Assembly (NCBI GenBank): GCA_038883795.1 | Contig: JAVZLK010000009.1 | Location: 1-43,661 of the forward strand | Direction of reading: 5' to 3' | DNA length: 43,661 nt | Origin: Candidatus Bathyarchaeia archaeon | GTDB taxonomy: Archaea; Thermoproteota; Bathyarchaeia; Bathyarchaeales; Bathycorpusculaceae | Part shown: in pieces, positions 9,747 to 19,478 of the stretch | Numbering within the stretch: the stretch's first letter is position 1 | Layout of the letters: the number at the start of each line of letters is the position of its first letter | Made by a program: the position numbers and the translations under genes | Notes under the pieces: generated by a model | What the model saw: the letters and a program-made list of their open reading frames with translations, nothing else | Told to the model about the DNA's origin: nothing | Database searches by the model: none

Positions 9747-10748
9747 TTGTCTTTAAAAGCCACAATAACCCCTCGCGGAGCCATCTTACTTGGAAATTAT
9801 GTGGCTTGCGATGCCTTTGACGAAACCAGACCATTAAGGGTTGTAACTCATGCCCATGCAGACCACATGATGGGTTTACAGCAGAGCCTCAAAACATGCG
9901 AAAGGGTTTTGATGACTAAAGCCACTAAAGATTTGATTGATGTTATGAGGGGCCCCCTTTTTCTTATGGGCGGGTTTGTTGAGGCTCTTGATTATGGTAA
10001 AACCATTCGTTACGGGGACGAAGCCATAACGCTTTTTCGTGCAGACCACATTTTAGGTGCTGCCCAGGTGCTTGTTGAGGATGCTGAGGGAGCCAGAATC
10101 GTTTATACTGGAGATTTTAGGGTTGAAAAGACTCCTGTTTTGGAGGCTGACATCCTCGTTATGGAAGCCACTTATGGAAATCCCTCCTGTAAGCGTTCTT
10201 TTGATAAAAGGGTTGAGGATTTGCTTGTTTCTTTGGTGGAAGAGGGTTTGAAGCATGGTGCGGTTTACGTTTTTGGTTATTATGGAAAACTTCAGGAGGT
10301 TATGGAGATTTTGCATGAGGCTGGTGTGAAAGCGCCTTTTGTTGCCCCTGAAAGGGTTCTTCATGTTTCAAGAATTTGCCAGCAGCATGGCATGCGGGTT
10401 GGGCGTTTGTTGCTTTCTGAGGAGAAAGAAGCCCGAGAGCTTTTGGAGAAAAATGAGCCTTGTGTGGCTTTTTATCATATGGGTTCTCGGAAAAGGTTTG
10501 GTGGGGATGTTTTTCGGGTTTATGTTAGTGGTTGGGAGTTTGACGTTCCATGTCGTGAACTTTCTGATAGGGAGTATATTGTAGCTTTGAGTGATCATTC
10601 GGATTTTGATGGTTTGATGGAGTATGTTAGGCGTTCTAAGCCCAAGTTTGTTGTTACGGATAATTTTCGGGTTGGTTATGCGGAGACGCTTGCGAGGGAG
10701 ATTCGTAAGCGTTTTGGGATTAGTGCTTTGGCGCTTCCTAAAAGATAG
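9747..10748 (+). CDS. Metallo-beta-lactamase fold nuclease (beta-CASP-like, COG1236)
   Basis: THAHADH, HILGAAQ, YTGDF, MEATYG, LSDHSDF. TTG 9747 follows a GGTG SD. Confidence 0.88.
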   Translation: MSLKATITPRGAILLGNYVACDAFDETRPLRVVTHAHADHMMGLQQSLKTCERVLMTKATKDLIDVMRGPLFLMGGFVEALDYGKTIRYGDEAITLFRADHILGAAQVLVEDAEGARIVYTGDFRVEKTPVLEADILVMEATYGNPSCKRSFDKRVEDLLVSLVEEGLKHGAVYVFGYYGKLQEVMEILHEAGVKAPFVAPERVLHVSRICQQHGMRVGRLLLSEEKEARELLEKNEPCVAFYHMGSRKRFGGDVFRVYVSGWEFDVPCRELSDREYIVALSDHSDFDGLMEYVRRSKPKFVVTDNFRVGYAETLAREIRKRFGISALALPKR

Positions 10749-10816
10749 ATCACTAAGATGTGTGTATTGTTTATTACTACACAATATTTATCTTCTATTT
10801 CTGCTCTTTTAATTCT

Positions 10817-10856
10817 TGAATTCGGATTCAAATTCCGAATTCATACGACTTAAATA
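10817..10856 (+). promoter_or_regulatory. Inverted repeat followed by TATA box
   Basis: TGAATTCGGA-n7-TCCGAATTCA (10817-10843), then CTTAAATA (10849-10856) upstream of the 10877 gene. Confidence 0.55.
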
Positions 10857-10876
10857 AACAGAAACCAGACATTCGA

Positions 10877-11596
10877 GTGCGATACCGCATGCCCTCCCCA
10901 CTACAGCCAGAATTCTTCGCACTGCTGGGCATAGACCTTTTCCTAGCCATAAGTCTGCTAACATGTCTATTGGATAGACATTTTCCATGGGCGCTGCCGT
11001 ACATTTACCAGTTGGCTGCTTTGGCTGGCTTTGGACAATTACTCGTGAGCAGAGAGTTTATGGCGTTCTTTGGCGAGTACATGCGCTTTTGGTATAGCCT
11101 CCTCTATTTAATAGTGGCTTTGGCGAACATAATCGCCATCAACGCCTATCTTGGCTTAATGAAAAAACTGCTGAATTACGCTAAGGTTTTCATGTTCACA
11201 GTAACATTTCCAGCCCTAACATTGGCTGCCTTCTTCCTAACAAGCTATTCGGAAGTTGCCATACATCCGTTCATAATTGCTCCTCAAATGTCTTGGGAAG
11301 CCACCTTCGTGGGCATAGTTGCCTTCGACACTTTGGTAGTGGGTGTGGGCACATACGTGTTTTTCAAGCCTAAATGGTGGTACATCGCCCTAGGCGCAGG
11401 CACAGCAATAACTGGCGCAGCATTATACGCTTTCTTTAAGCCTTCGTGGGGAGCGGCAGCCTTCGTAACTTCAGCCATAGCCCTAGCAATAGCCTGCGTC
11501 CTAGTCCTCGGCGTAAGCATCTACGTCCTCGCAAAAATTTGGATAGAAACCCTAAAAGAAAGAAAAAAACGAAAAGGAGGTGAAAACACAAAATGA
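10877..11596 (+). CDS. Polytopic membrane protein of unknown function
   Basis: About 7 hydrophobic helices and a basic C-terminal tail. Stop overlaps the next start (ATGA). Start may be ATG 10889. Confidence 0.8.
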   Translation: MRYRMPSPLQPEFFALLGIDLFLAISLLTCLLDRHFPWALPYIYQLAALAGFGQLLVSREFMAFFGEYMRFWYSLLYLIVALANIIAINAYLGLMKKLLNYAKVFMFTVTFPALTLAAFFLTSYSEVAIHPFIIAPQMSWEATFVGIVAFDTLVVGVGTYVFFKPKWWYIALGAGTAITGAALYAFFKPSWGAAAFVTSAIALAIACVLVLGVSIYVLAKIWIETLKERKKRKGGENTK

Positions 11597-12111
11597 AAAT
11601 AAACTATAAGAAAAGCCTAAAATTGATAACTCTATTGATAACTTCTTTATTCATAGCTACCGTCAGTGCGCAAATCTACAGCTATATGTACATTGAAGGA
11701 AGCGGTACCATCACTACTGGAGGATTAAGCTGGCAGTTAGGAAATTATGCACCAGCGGGAGCAAGCATTGTTGGATACACCGTAAAAAACTTGAATTTAT
11801 CAGTGCCACAGAATCAATTTAAAAATATCACTGACTGTCTTCGCATAATTAACAATGATGCCACTGGGCATACGTTTGGCTTAGAGGTAACATATGTAGG
11901 CGGCGATACAGGTAACTTTACCACATTCAACCTTGCAGTGTATAACGCAACTGGTACTTATGGCACATTAAACCTTAAAGTACAAGGAAATAGCGTAACA
12001 GGTTTATACATTGGTGGATCAGCAACACTATACGTTCGATTTGAGATAGAACCAGCTACTGACAAGACTGGATCCATGTACTTCACCGTGAAATTAACAT
12101 ACGAGTCGTAA
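11593..12111 (+). CDS. Secreted beta-rich protein of unknown function
   Basis: GGAGGTGA SD; signal peptide ending TVSA; G/T/N-rich mature part with sequons NLS, NIT, NFT, NAT. Confidence 0.8.
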   Translation: MKINYKKSLKLITLLITSLFIATVSAQIYSYMYIEGSGTITTGGLSWQLGNYAPAGASIVGYTVKNLNLSVPQNQFKNITDCLRIINNDATGHTFGLEVTYVGGDTGNFTTFNLAVYNATGTYGTLNLKVQGNSVTGLYIGGSATLYVRFEIEPATDKTGSMYFTVKLTYES

Positions 12112-12350
12112 CTTTCTTCCCCATTTTCTTTTTCGCATTTTGACAACCTATGCTTTCTTGGATTTAGAGAGCTAGAAAAGCTTGCTTGCTGAATTACCAA
12201 CGACCTCAAACGAGATTAGCGTCTTTCTTATATAAGTAAACTTTTGGAATCAAGTTTTTGAAATCCAAAAATCGTGTATTTTGCTAAAGTTTAAAAGTGA
12301 AAGGGAGTATTGCTGTTACTGAAATTATCAAAAAGTATAAAGTGATGTAA

Positions 12351-13628
12351 ATGGGTAAGTCGTCTTTGGTTTCGGGTTTCTATAAGCTTAGTCCAAAAGA
12401 GCGTTTAGCGTTTGTTAAGGAGTTTGCCAATTTAACTGATGATGAAGCCGCTTTATTGCAGAATACTGGTTCTTTACCCTTAGATTTGGCTGACCGCATG
12501 ATAGAAAATGTTGTTGGCGCCATCCCCATACCATTGGGCATTGCAGTAAACTTTCTCATAAACAAACGTGATTATTTGATTCCAATGGCTATTGAAGAGC
12601 CTTCCGTCGTCGCTGCGGCAAGTTATGCAGCTAAAATGGCAAGAGACGGCGGAGGCTTCTTCACGAGTAGTACGCCGCCCATAATGATTGGTCAAATCCA
12701 AGCCGTGGGCATAAAAGACCCTTACGCGGCTAAAATGCGAGTAATCCAAGCAAAAGAAGAAATCCTAAAAAAGGCTAATGACCAAGACCCAGTTTTGGTT
12801 TCGGTTGGCGGCGGAGCAAAAGATTTAGACGTAAAAGTAATTCAAACAACTCAAGGACCAATGCTAATCACGGAGTTGCATGTGGACTGCCGAGACGCCA
12901 TGGGCGCCAACGCCGTAAACACAATGGCAGAAGCCGTAGCACCCCTAATAGAACGCATAACAGGCGGACGTGTTTATTTGCGCATAATTTCTAATTTGGC
13001 TGTTAAACGCTTAGCACGCGCATGGTGCACCGTGCCAAAAGAATCAGTCGGCGGCGAAGAAGTAGTCGACGGCATTGTAAATGCTTGGGCTTTCGCGGCT
13101 GCAGACCCATACCGCGCTGCTACGCACAACAAGGGCATAATGAATGGCATAATAGCCGTCATAATCGCTACATGCAATGACCACCGCGCAATAGAAGCGG
13201 GAGCTCACGCCTACGCAGCCAAAAATGGACACTACACAACATTATCCATATGGGAGAAAAATGAAAACGGCGACCTAGTAGGCTCAATAGAACTGCCAAT
13301 GGCAGTAGGCCTAATAGGCGGAGCAGTAAAAACTCATCCGATAGCGAGAATATGCCTAAAAATCTTGGGCGTAAAAACAGCCAACGAACTCGCAGAAGTT
13401 TTAGCCGCTGTGGGCTTAGCCCAAAATTTGGGCGCTTTAAGAGCTTTGGCGCATGAAGGAATACAGCGCGGGCATATGTCGCTTCATGCAAGAAACATAG
13501 CCATAGCCGCAGGCGCCACCGATGAGCTAATAGATTTGGTGGCTGAAAAAATGGTTGAAGAGCGAAAAATCCGCATGGACAGAGCCAAAGAACTAATAGA
13601 ACAGTATAAGGCTACTGGAAAAGTCTAA
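12351..13628 (+). CDS. mvaA: Class II (bacterial-type) HMG-CoA reductase
   Basis: SGFYKLS, MIENVVG, EEPSVVAA, DAMGAN, RIISNL, RAATHNKGIMNG, EGIQRGHMSLHAR. Confidence 0.95.
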   Translation: MGKSSLVSGFYKLSPKERLAFVKEFANLTDDEAALLQNTGSLPLDLADRMIENVVGAIPIPLGIAVNFLINKRDYLIPMAIEEPSVVAAASYAAKMARDGGGFFTSSTPPIMIGQIQAVGIKDPYAAKMRVIQAKEEILKKANDQDPVLVSVGGGAKDLDVKVIQTTQGPMLITELHVDCRDAMGANAVNTMAEAVAPLIERITGGRVYLRIISNLAVKRLARAWCTVPKESVGGEEVVDGIVNAWAFAAADPYRAATHNKGIMNGIIAVIIATCNDHRAIEAGAHAYAAKNGHYTTLSIWEKNENGDLVGSIELPMAVGLIGGAVKTHPIARICLKILGVKTANELAEVLAAVGLAQNLGALRALAHEGIQRGHMSLHARNIAIAAGATDELIDLVAEKMVEERKIRMDRAKELIEQYKATGKV

Positions 13629-13662
13629 AAGAAATGGGACCGAACTTAATTGCGGCGAGAAA

Positions 13663-14547
13663 ATGAAAATAATACCTGGACCAGCATCAAAAGAATTAGG
13701 CGAAAAAATAGCAGAGCTTTTAAATGCGCAAAAAGTGCTGGTAGCCTTCAAAACATTCCCAGACGGCGAATCCTACATAAGATTAGAGAGTGAAGTGCAA
13801 AGCCAAGAAGTTTTCATAGTGCAAACCACAAGCCCACCCCAAGACGCCAAAATTATTCAATTAGCCTTTTTGGCAGATGCAGCGAAAAGAAACGGAGCAA
13901 AAAAAGTAACCGCAATAGTGCCCTATCTTGCTTATGCCCGCCAAGATAAGGCTTTTCTGCAAGGCGAAGCCATAAGCATTGAAACCATTGCACGGATGTT
14001 GAAGGCTGCTGGAGTAGATAGCCTCATAACCGTGAACGTTCACCAAGAAAAAGTGTTAAGTAAATTTCCGTTTCCAGCAAAAAGTATTTCAGCAATTCCG
14101 CTTTTGGCTGAATATTTCAAAAATAAGGGCTATGCTGGGGCTTTTGCGCTTGCGCCAGACCGAGGCGCCATGCACATTGCTGAAGAAGCCAGAAAAGTTC
14201 TGGGTGGAGAATGTGGTTATTTGGAAAAGCAAAGAGATCGTTACACTGGGCAGATTAGTGTTGAAAAGAAAACTTTCGACGTTAGAGGAGAAACTGCCAT
14301 AATCTTTGATGACATAATAAGCACGGGCGGCACAATTGTTGCCGCTTCTAAAATTTTGAAGGAACTTGGAGCCGAAAAAGTTTTGGCTGCTTGTGTTCAC
14401 CCGCTGCTGGTTGGAGATGCTGAAAGGCGAATTCTGGAAGCTGGAGTTGAAGAAATCGTTGGCACAGACAGTGTTCCAAGCCATGTGAGCAAAGTTTCTA
14501 TTGCGCCATTAATATGTAAGGAAATTTGGGAGCATAAAAGTGGCTAA
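13663..14547 (+). CDS. prs: Ribose-phosphate pyrophosphokinase
   Basis: FPDGE, PYLAYARQD, APDRGA, DDIISTGGT. Confidence 0.96.
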   Translation: MKIIPGPASKELGEKIAELLNAQKVLVAFKTFPDGESYIRLESEVQSQEVFIVQTTSPPQDAKIIQLAFLADAAKRNGAKKVTAIVPYLAYARQDKAFLQGEAISIETIARMLKAAGVDSLITVNVHQEKVLSKFPFPAKSISAIPLLAEYFKNKGYAGAFALAPDRGAMHIAEEARKVLGGECGYLEKQRDRYTGQISVEKKTFDVRGETAIIFDDIISTGGTIVAASKILKELGAEKVLAACVHPLLVGDAERRILEAGVEEIVGTDSVPSHVSKVSIAPLICKEIWEHKSG

Positions 14548-15577
14548 ACTCTTCTTTCTCTTGTCAGGCGAGCATGAAACCCTGCCAGTTTCCGAATTGA
14601 AAGCCATCCTTGAAGCAGAAGATTACGCATATAAAATATTAGAAAAGCTTGACCAAGCGTTAAGGCTTGAAGCAGAATTAAAATGCATTGAAGCCATAAA
14701 GCGCAGAGCTGCCCTCACAAGGCTTTGCGGATTAGAGCTATTCAGCTGTGAAGCAGAGATGAGTAAAATAGTTAAAGCTGTAAACTCTGCAAACTTTAGC
14801 CAGATTTTAAAGGAAGGTGAAAGCTTCGCTGTTCGCATAAGGCGCATAAAGAATCACGCTCCAAACATTGACAGCATGGCTCTTGAAAGAAAAATTGGAG
14901 AAATAATCCTAAATAAGAAAGAAAAAGCTAAAGTGAACTTAGGAAATCCTGAAAAAACCTTTACTGGAATATTGACAGATAAGAGATTTCTTTTCGGCAT
15001 AAAAATGGCTGAAATTTCACCAACACCATTTATGGAGAGACGCCCAAAGAAAAAACCCTTCTTTCACCCATCCGCCATGCCAGCAAAACTTGCAAGATGC
15101 ATGGTAAACTTAGCTAAACCAAAAATTGGCGAATTGGTTTTCGACCCCTTTTGTGGAACTGGAAGCATGCTCATAGAAGCTGCGCTTATCGGCTGTCGTG
15201 TTTTGGGTTTGGATATTCAAAAGCGCATGGTAAAGGGGGCCTTAAAAAATATGACTTACTTTAACATTAAACCAGAAAGCCTCATACTCGCCGACGCCAA
15301 AAACCCGCCAATAAGGAAGGTTGATTGCGTGGTAACAGACCCGCCATATGGAAAGTCTGCAACCACTTTAAGAAGAACCACGAAACAGATAGTCGAGGAA
15401 ACTTTAACGGCTGTTTGTGACATGCTTGATAAAGGAAAAAGGGTTTGCATGGCCGCGCCAAAAACATTAAACATTGGAAGGATAGGCGCAGCCTTTGGGT
15501 ATAAACATTTAGAGTCTCATTTCGTTTATGTTCACAGAAGCCTAACAAGAGAAATAGCAGTATTCGAAAAGGTGTAA
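14540..15577 (+). CDS. trmG10: THUMP-domain tRNA G10 N2-methyltransferase (Trm11/TrmG10)
   Basis: LSGEH, PFFHPSAMPAKLARCMVNL, DPFCGTG, TDPPYG, VHRSLTR. Confidence 0.88.
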   Translation: MAKLFFLLSGEHETLPVSELKAILEAEDYAYKILEKLDQALRLEAELKCIEAIKRRAALTRLCGLELFSCEAEMSKIVKAVNSANFSQILKEGESFAVRIRRIKNHAPNIDSMALERKIGEIILNKKEKAKVNLGNPEKTFTGILTDKRFLFGIKMAEISPTPFMERRPKKKPFFHPSAMPAKLARCMVNLAKPKIGELVFDPFCGTGSMLIEAALIGCRVLGLDIQKRMVKGALKNMTYFNIKPESLILADAKNPPIRKVDCVVTDPPYGKSATTLRRTTKQIVEETLTAVCDMLDKGKRVCMAAPKTLNIGRIGAAFGYKHLESHFVYVHRSLTREIAVFEKV

Positions 15578-15582
15578 CCCCC

Positions 15583-16506
15583 ATGAGCTTAAACGTGATT
15601 TTCTTGGGCACAGCCGGAAGCGTTCCAACACCAAAAAGAAGCTTGCCCTCCATCCTCATACAACGCAAAGGCGAACAAATAATGTTCGATTGCGGCGAAG
15701 GTGTGCAAAGACAAATGATAAAGGCTAAGACTGGATTCCACAAAAAAATGAAAATTTTCATAACGCATATGCATGGAGACCACGTTCTAGGCTTGCCAGG
15801 ACTCTTACAAACCATGGCTTTACTCGACAGAGAAAAAAGGCTTGACGTTTATGGGCCGTCGGGAATAAAGCGCTTTTTAGAGGGCATTAGGGAAACGGTG
15901 CAGTTTGTCCTAACCTTTCCGGTTGAAATCCACGAAATACGGAAGGCGGGTGTTATTTGTGAAGAGGAAGAATATTATGTTCAAGCGGTTTGGGCAAACC
16001 ATGTAATTCCAAGTTTGGCGTACGCCTTAATAGAAAAGCCCCGTCCAGGAAAATTTTATCCGGAAAAAGCAAAAGCCTTAGGCGTTCCAGAAGGTCCATT
16101 GTGGTCGAAACTGCAGCATGGACAAAAAATTAAGCTATCCAATGGACGAATCATCAAACCCGAAGATGTTAGTGGACCGCCAAGACTTGGAAGAAAAATT
16201 GTTTACACTGGCGATACAAGACCCTTTAAAGGTTTTGTGAAGTTTGCTTTTGGCGCGGATTTGCTTATTCATGACGCCACTTTAGATGATGAAATGGTTG
16301 AAAGAGCTGAAGAAGATGGGCACTCGACGCCTGAGCAGGCGGCAAGAAATGCGAAAAAGGCTAAGGTGAAGCAGCTAATTTTGACGCATGTAAGCGCAAG
16401 ATATGAGGATGCAAGCATACTTTTGGAACAAGCAAAGAAAATTTTCAAAAACACAAGCGTGGCTGAGGATTTTATGAGAATAGAGATTCCGCTTTCAAGC
16501 GCCTAA
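15583..16506 (+). CDS. rnz: Ribonuclease Z
   Basis: FLGTAGSVPT..R, FDCGEG, THMHGDH, GP exosite motif, YTGDTRP, GHST, LTHVSARY. Confidence 0.97.
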   Translation: MSLNVIFLGTAGSVPTPKRSLPSILIQRKGEQIMFDCGEGVQRQMIKAKTGFHKKMKIFITHMHGDHVLGLPGLLQTMALLDREKRLDVYGPSGIKRFLEGIRETVQFVLTFPVEIHEIRKAGVICEEEEYYVQAVWANHVIPSLAYALIEKPRPGKFYPEKAKALGVPEGPLWSKLQHGQKIKLSNGRIIKPEDVSGPPRLGRKIVYTGDTRPFKGFVKFAFGADLLIHDATLDDEMVERAEEDGHSTPEQAARNAKKAKVKQLILTHVSARYEDASILLEQAKKIFKNTSVAEDFMRIEIPLSSA

Positions 16507-17291
16507 AGGAACAGTTTTCTTAATTTTTCCATGCTTTCCTTAACATGCTCAACAGACTCAACGATTAGAATCTTGTTATAGGAAATTTTCTTGAATAGTT
16601 TTGCTACATTCTCCCAATCAATTGTGCCATAGCCTATTCCCAAATGCTGGTCTGCTCTCCCATCATTATCGTGCAAATGCACATGCATAATCTTATCTTT
16701 AAAGGCGGTTAGAAAACGCTCTATCTCTCCGTTCAAGTTGGCATGTCCAACATCAAAAACTAGGCTTACGTCCTCGTCAATCTCTTCATAAAACTTGGCG
16801 AAATCTTCAACGCTTTTCATTAGGAATGGATATGGTTCTGGCACGTTTTCTATAGCTATTTTAACGCCATAATCCTCAGCCTTTTTAAGCAGTAGGCGTG
16901 TTGTCTTTAAGTTTTGAAGCCAATCCATGCCAGGATAAAACATGCTAACACCAGTTTTTAATCCTGGATGGAAAACCCAAACAGAAGCGTTTAGGGCGCT
17001 TGCATAAGCCATTGATTTTTCTAATCTTTTAAGCATGGCGTTTAACATGGGTTTTGAGGGTGAAGCAATGTTTATATCAGCAAAAGGCGAGTGGACAGAA
17101 TAGCTTAAGTTGTAAGAGTTGCCAATCTCTTTTAATATCTGGACTCTTCGGTTGTTTAGTGTGTGAAAGCCATCATCAACCACTTCGATGTATGATGTTT
17201 TTGCGTCCAGAATTTGTGTTGGAATTTTGTTGAAAGGGTGGCTTAGACAGTACAGCGTTGACATGCCAATTTTGGGTTTAGCCATAGGCAA
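16503..17291 (-). CDS. Sugar phosphate isomerase/epimerase (AP endonuclease 2 TIM barrel)
   Basis: VHSPFADINIAS, FHPG, IENVP, FDVGHA, HLHDNDG..DQHL. Confidence 0.88.
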   Translation of the reverse strand: MPMAKPKIGMSTLYCLSHPFNKIPTQILDAKTSYIEVVDDGFHTLNNRRVQILKEIGNSYNLSYSVHSPFADINIASPSKPMLNAMLKRLEKSMAYASALNASVWVFHPGLKTGVSMFYPGMDWLQNLKTTRLLLKKAEDYGVKIAIENVPEPYPFLMKSVEDFAKFYEEIDEDVSLVFDVGHANLNGEIERFLTAFKDKIMHVHLHDNDGRADQHLGIGYGTIDWENVAKLFKKISYNKILIVESVEHVKESMEKLRKLFL

Positions 17292-17492
17292 ATCCTGCTG
17301 TTTAGCTGAGCTTTATAATTCATAATCTTCTCTTATAAAACTCTAATTTTGAAAGTCTTCTGCTACATGGTTTGAATCAGATTCTGAATATGTATGGTTA
17401 CTCTTAATCTAGACTCTACATTCACACAAGTTAAATGCCAAAACTCTAGAAAACATTTTGAGTCATTTGCTGCGTATAGCGGAAGTGCTAAA

Positions 17493-19478
17493 ATGTCCAA
17501 AAAAGCCAACAATGTAACAGAATTTGCGGAATTTTTGATTTCTGAGCAAGGTTTCCGCAGTTTAGTTGAAAATGCGGCTGTAGCTGTTGCTATTACAGAC
17601 ACTAAAGGACGTTTTACGTATGTCAATAAGGCAATGGTTGAATTGCTGGGCTATTCTGTGGATGAGTTGCTTGGTCGTCCATTCAAATTTTTCTTACATC
17701 CGGAAGACAGAGCAAAAATAACACGCTTATTCCTTAGAATTGTGGTATTACGGAGGCAACCGAGAGATTTAGAATTTCGAGCTTTACGTAAAGACGGGTC
17801 AGTTATTCATTTATGGTCAAAACCCACACGTTTTATGATTAATGGCAAAACTGTTGGGTTCCAAGCACTTATTGTGGATATAACCAAGCTTAAAGAAGTT
17901 GAAAGGAAGTTGATGGAAACAAACAGAAGGCTTGAGACTATTTTTGAAACTGCATCGGAAGGCATAATGACTGTGGATGAAAATGAGAACATAACCTTTG
18001 TAAATAGGGCATTTGCCGAAATGCTCGGATACAACGAGCAGGAGCTTATAGGCGTTAATCTTCGCAGATTTGTCGACGAAGAAGACTTCAAAAAGATAAG
18101 AAAGCAAACAGAAATTAGAAAAAGGGGAGAAACTAGCCGCTACGAAATAGCCTTATACCATAAAGACGGCAAACCACGAATTTTGCAGGTTTCAGCATCG
18201 CCACTCTGGAATGAGAAAGGCGAATATGAAGGCGCCCTCGGCATCATAATGGACGTTACTGAACGCAGAAAAATGGAGGAAAAACTCAAAGAGTCTGAGG
18301 AAAGGCTTAAACGCCTGATAGAATATGCCCCAGACGCCATTTACATTAATGACTTACAAGGCAGATTTATAGACGGAAACAAGCAGGCTGAAGCATTGAT
18401 AGGCTATAGGAAGGAAGAGCTTATTGGAAAGAGCATATTTGAAGCTGGAATTTTCCCAGAAAAATGCTTGCCAAAAATTAAGGAAGCCATCAAAACAAAC
18501 ATGAGAGGAGAAAGGTATGGTCCAGAAGAATTTGAACTCGTAAGGAAAGACGGAAAAACTGTTTTTGCTGAAATATCTGCTTTTCCAATAGTTAGCGGTG
18601 GAAAAATTGAGGTTATTGGCATCGCAAGAGACATAACTGAAAGAAAGCAGATGCAGCAAAAGCTTGAAGAGTATGCACAACACTTGGAGGAACTCGTCGA
18701 GCAAAGAACCAAAGCGCTGAAAGAAGCTCAAGAACAGCTAATAAAATCTGAAAGGCTCGCCGCCATTGGGCAAGTTGCAGCTATGGTTGGGCATGATTTG
18801 CGTAATCCGTTGACTGGCATAAAAAGCGCTGTTTACTACCTAAAAAACAGGCTGGGCTCGCTTATAGATAAAAATGTTGAGGAAATGTTACGACTTATTG
18901 AAGAAAATGTGGAGTATGCGAATAAAATAATTTCAGACCTTATGGAATATTCGCGAGAAGTAAAATTGGAGTTTAGAGAAACAACTCCAAAAGCAATAGT
19001 AACAGAAACATTATTAACGGTGGAAATTCCGAAAGGAATAGAAATTTTAGATTTAACACAAGACAGCCCAAAAATAAAAGTTGATGTTGACAAAATGAAA
19101 AGGGTTTTCGGCAACCTAATTAGGAATGCAGTAGATGCTATGCCAAAGGGCGGCAAAATTACGATAACAAGTAAGGAATTAAACGGTAATGTGGAAATAG
19201 CTTTTACGGACACTGGAACTGGTATTCCTAACGATGTTTTAGAGAAAATTTGGACGCCATTTTTCACAACTAAATCGAGGGGTATGGGTTTAGGCTTACC
19301 TATTTGTAAACGCCTTGTGGAGGCGCATGGCGGCAAAATCTCAGTTGAAAGCACAGTTGGGAAGGGCACAACTGTTACCGTGATTGTTCCTATCAAAGCA
19401 AAAATTGTTGAAGAAGGAGGTGAAAAAATATGGTTAAAGATGCCAGAATCCTTGTCGTCGACGATGACGAAAGCATAA
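17493..19478 (+). CDS. Cytoplasmic sensor histidine kinase with three PAS/PAC domains
   Basis: Three PAS repeats ending DIT/DVTERR/DITERK; H-box GHDLRNPL, N-box NLIRNA, G1 DTGTG, G2 GMGLGL; no TM segment. ATG 17493 preferred over 17394. Confidence 0.93.
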   Translation: MSKKANNVTEFAEFLISEQGFRSLVENAAVAVAITDTKGRFTYVNKAMVELLGYSVDELLGRPFKFFLHPEDRAKITRLFLRIVVLRRQPRDLEFRALRKDGSVIHLWSKPTRFMINGKTVGFQALIVDITKLKEVERKLMETNRRLETIFETASEGIMTVDENENITFVNRAFAEMLGYNEQELIGVNLRRFVDEEDFKKIRKQTEIRKRGETSRYEIALYHKDGKPRILQVSASPLWNEKGEYEGALGIIMDVTERRKMEEKLKESEERLKRLIEYAPDAIYINDLQGRFIDGNKQAEALIGYRKEELIGKSIFEAGIFPEKCLPKIKEAIKTNMRGERYGPEEFELVRKDGKTVFAEISAFPIVSGGKIEVIGIARDITERKQMQQKLEEYAQHLEELVEQRTKALKEAQEQLIKSERLAAIGQVAAMVGHDLRNPLTGIKSAVYYLKNRLGSLIDKNVEEMLRLIEENVEYANKIISDLMEYSREVKLEFRETTPKAIVTETLLTVEIPKGIEILDLTQDSPKIKVDVDKMKRVFGNLIRNAVDAMPKGGKITITSKELNGNVEIAFTDTGTGIPNDVLEKIWTPFFTTKSRGMGLGLPICKRLVEAHGGKISVESTVGKGTTVTVIVPIKAKIVEEGGEKIWLKMPESLSSTMTKA

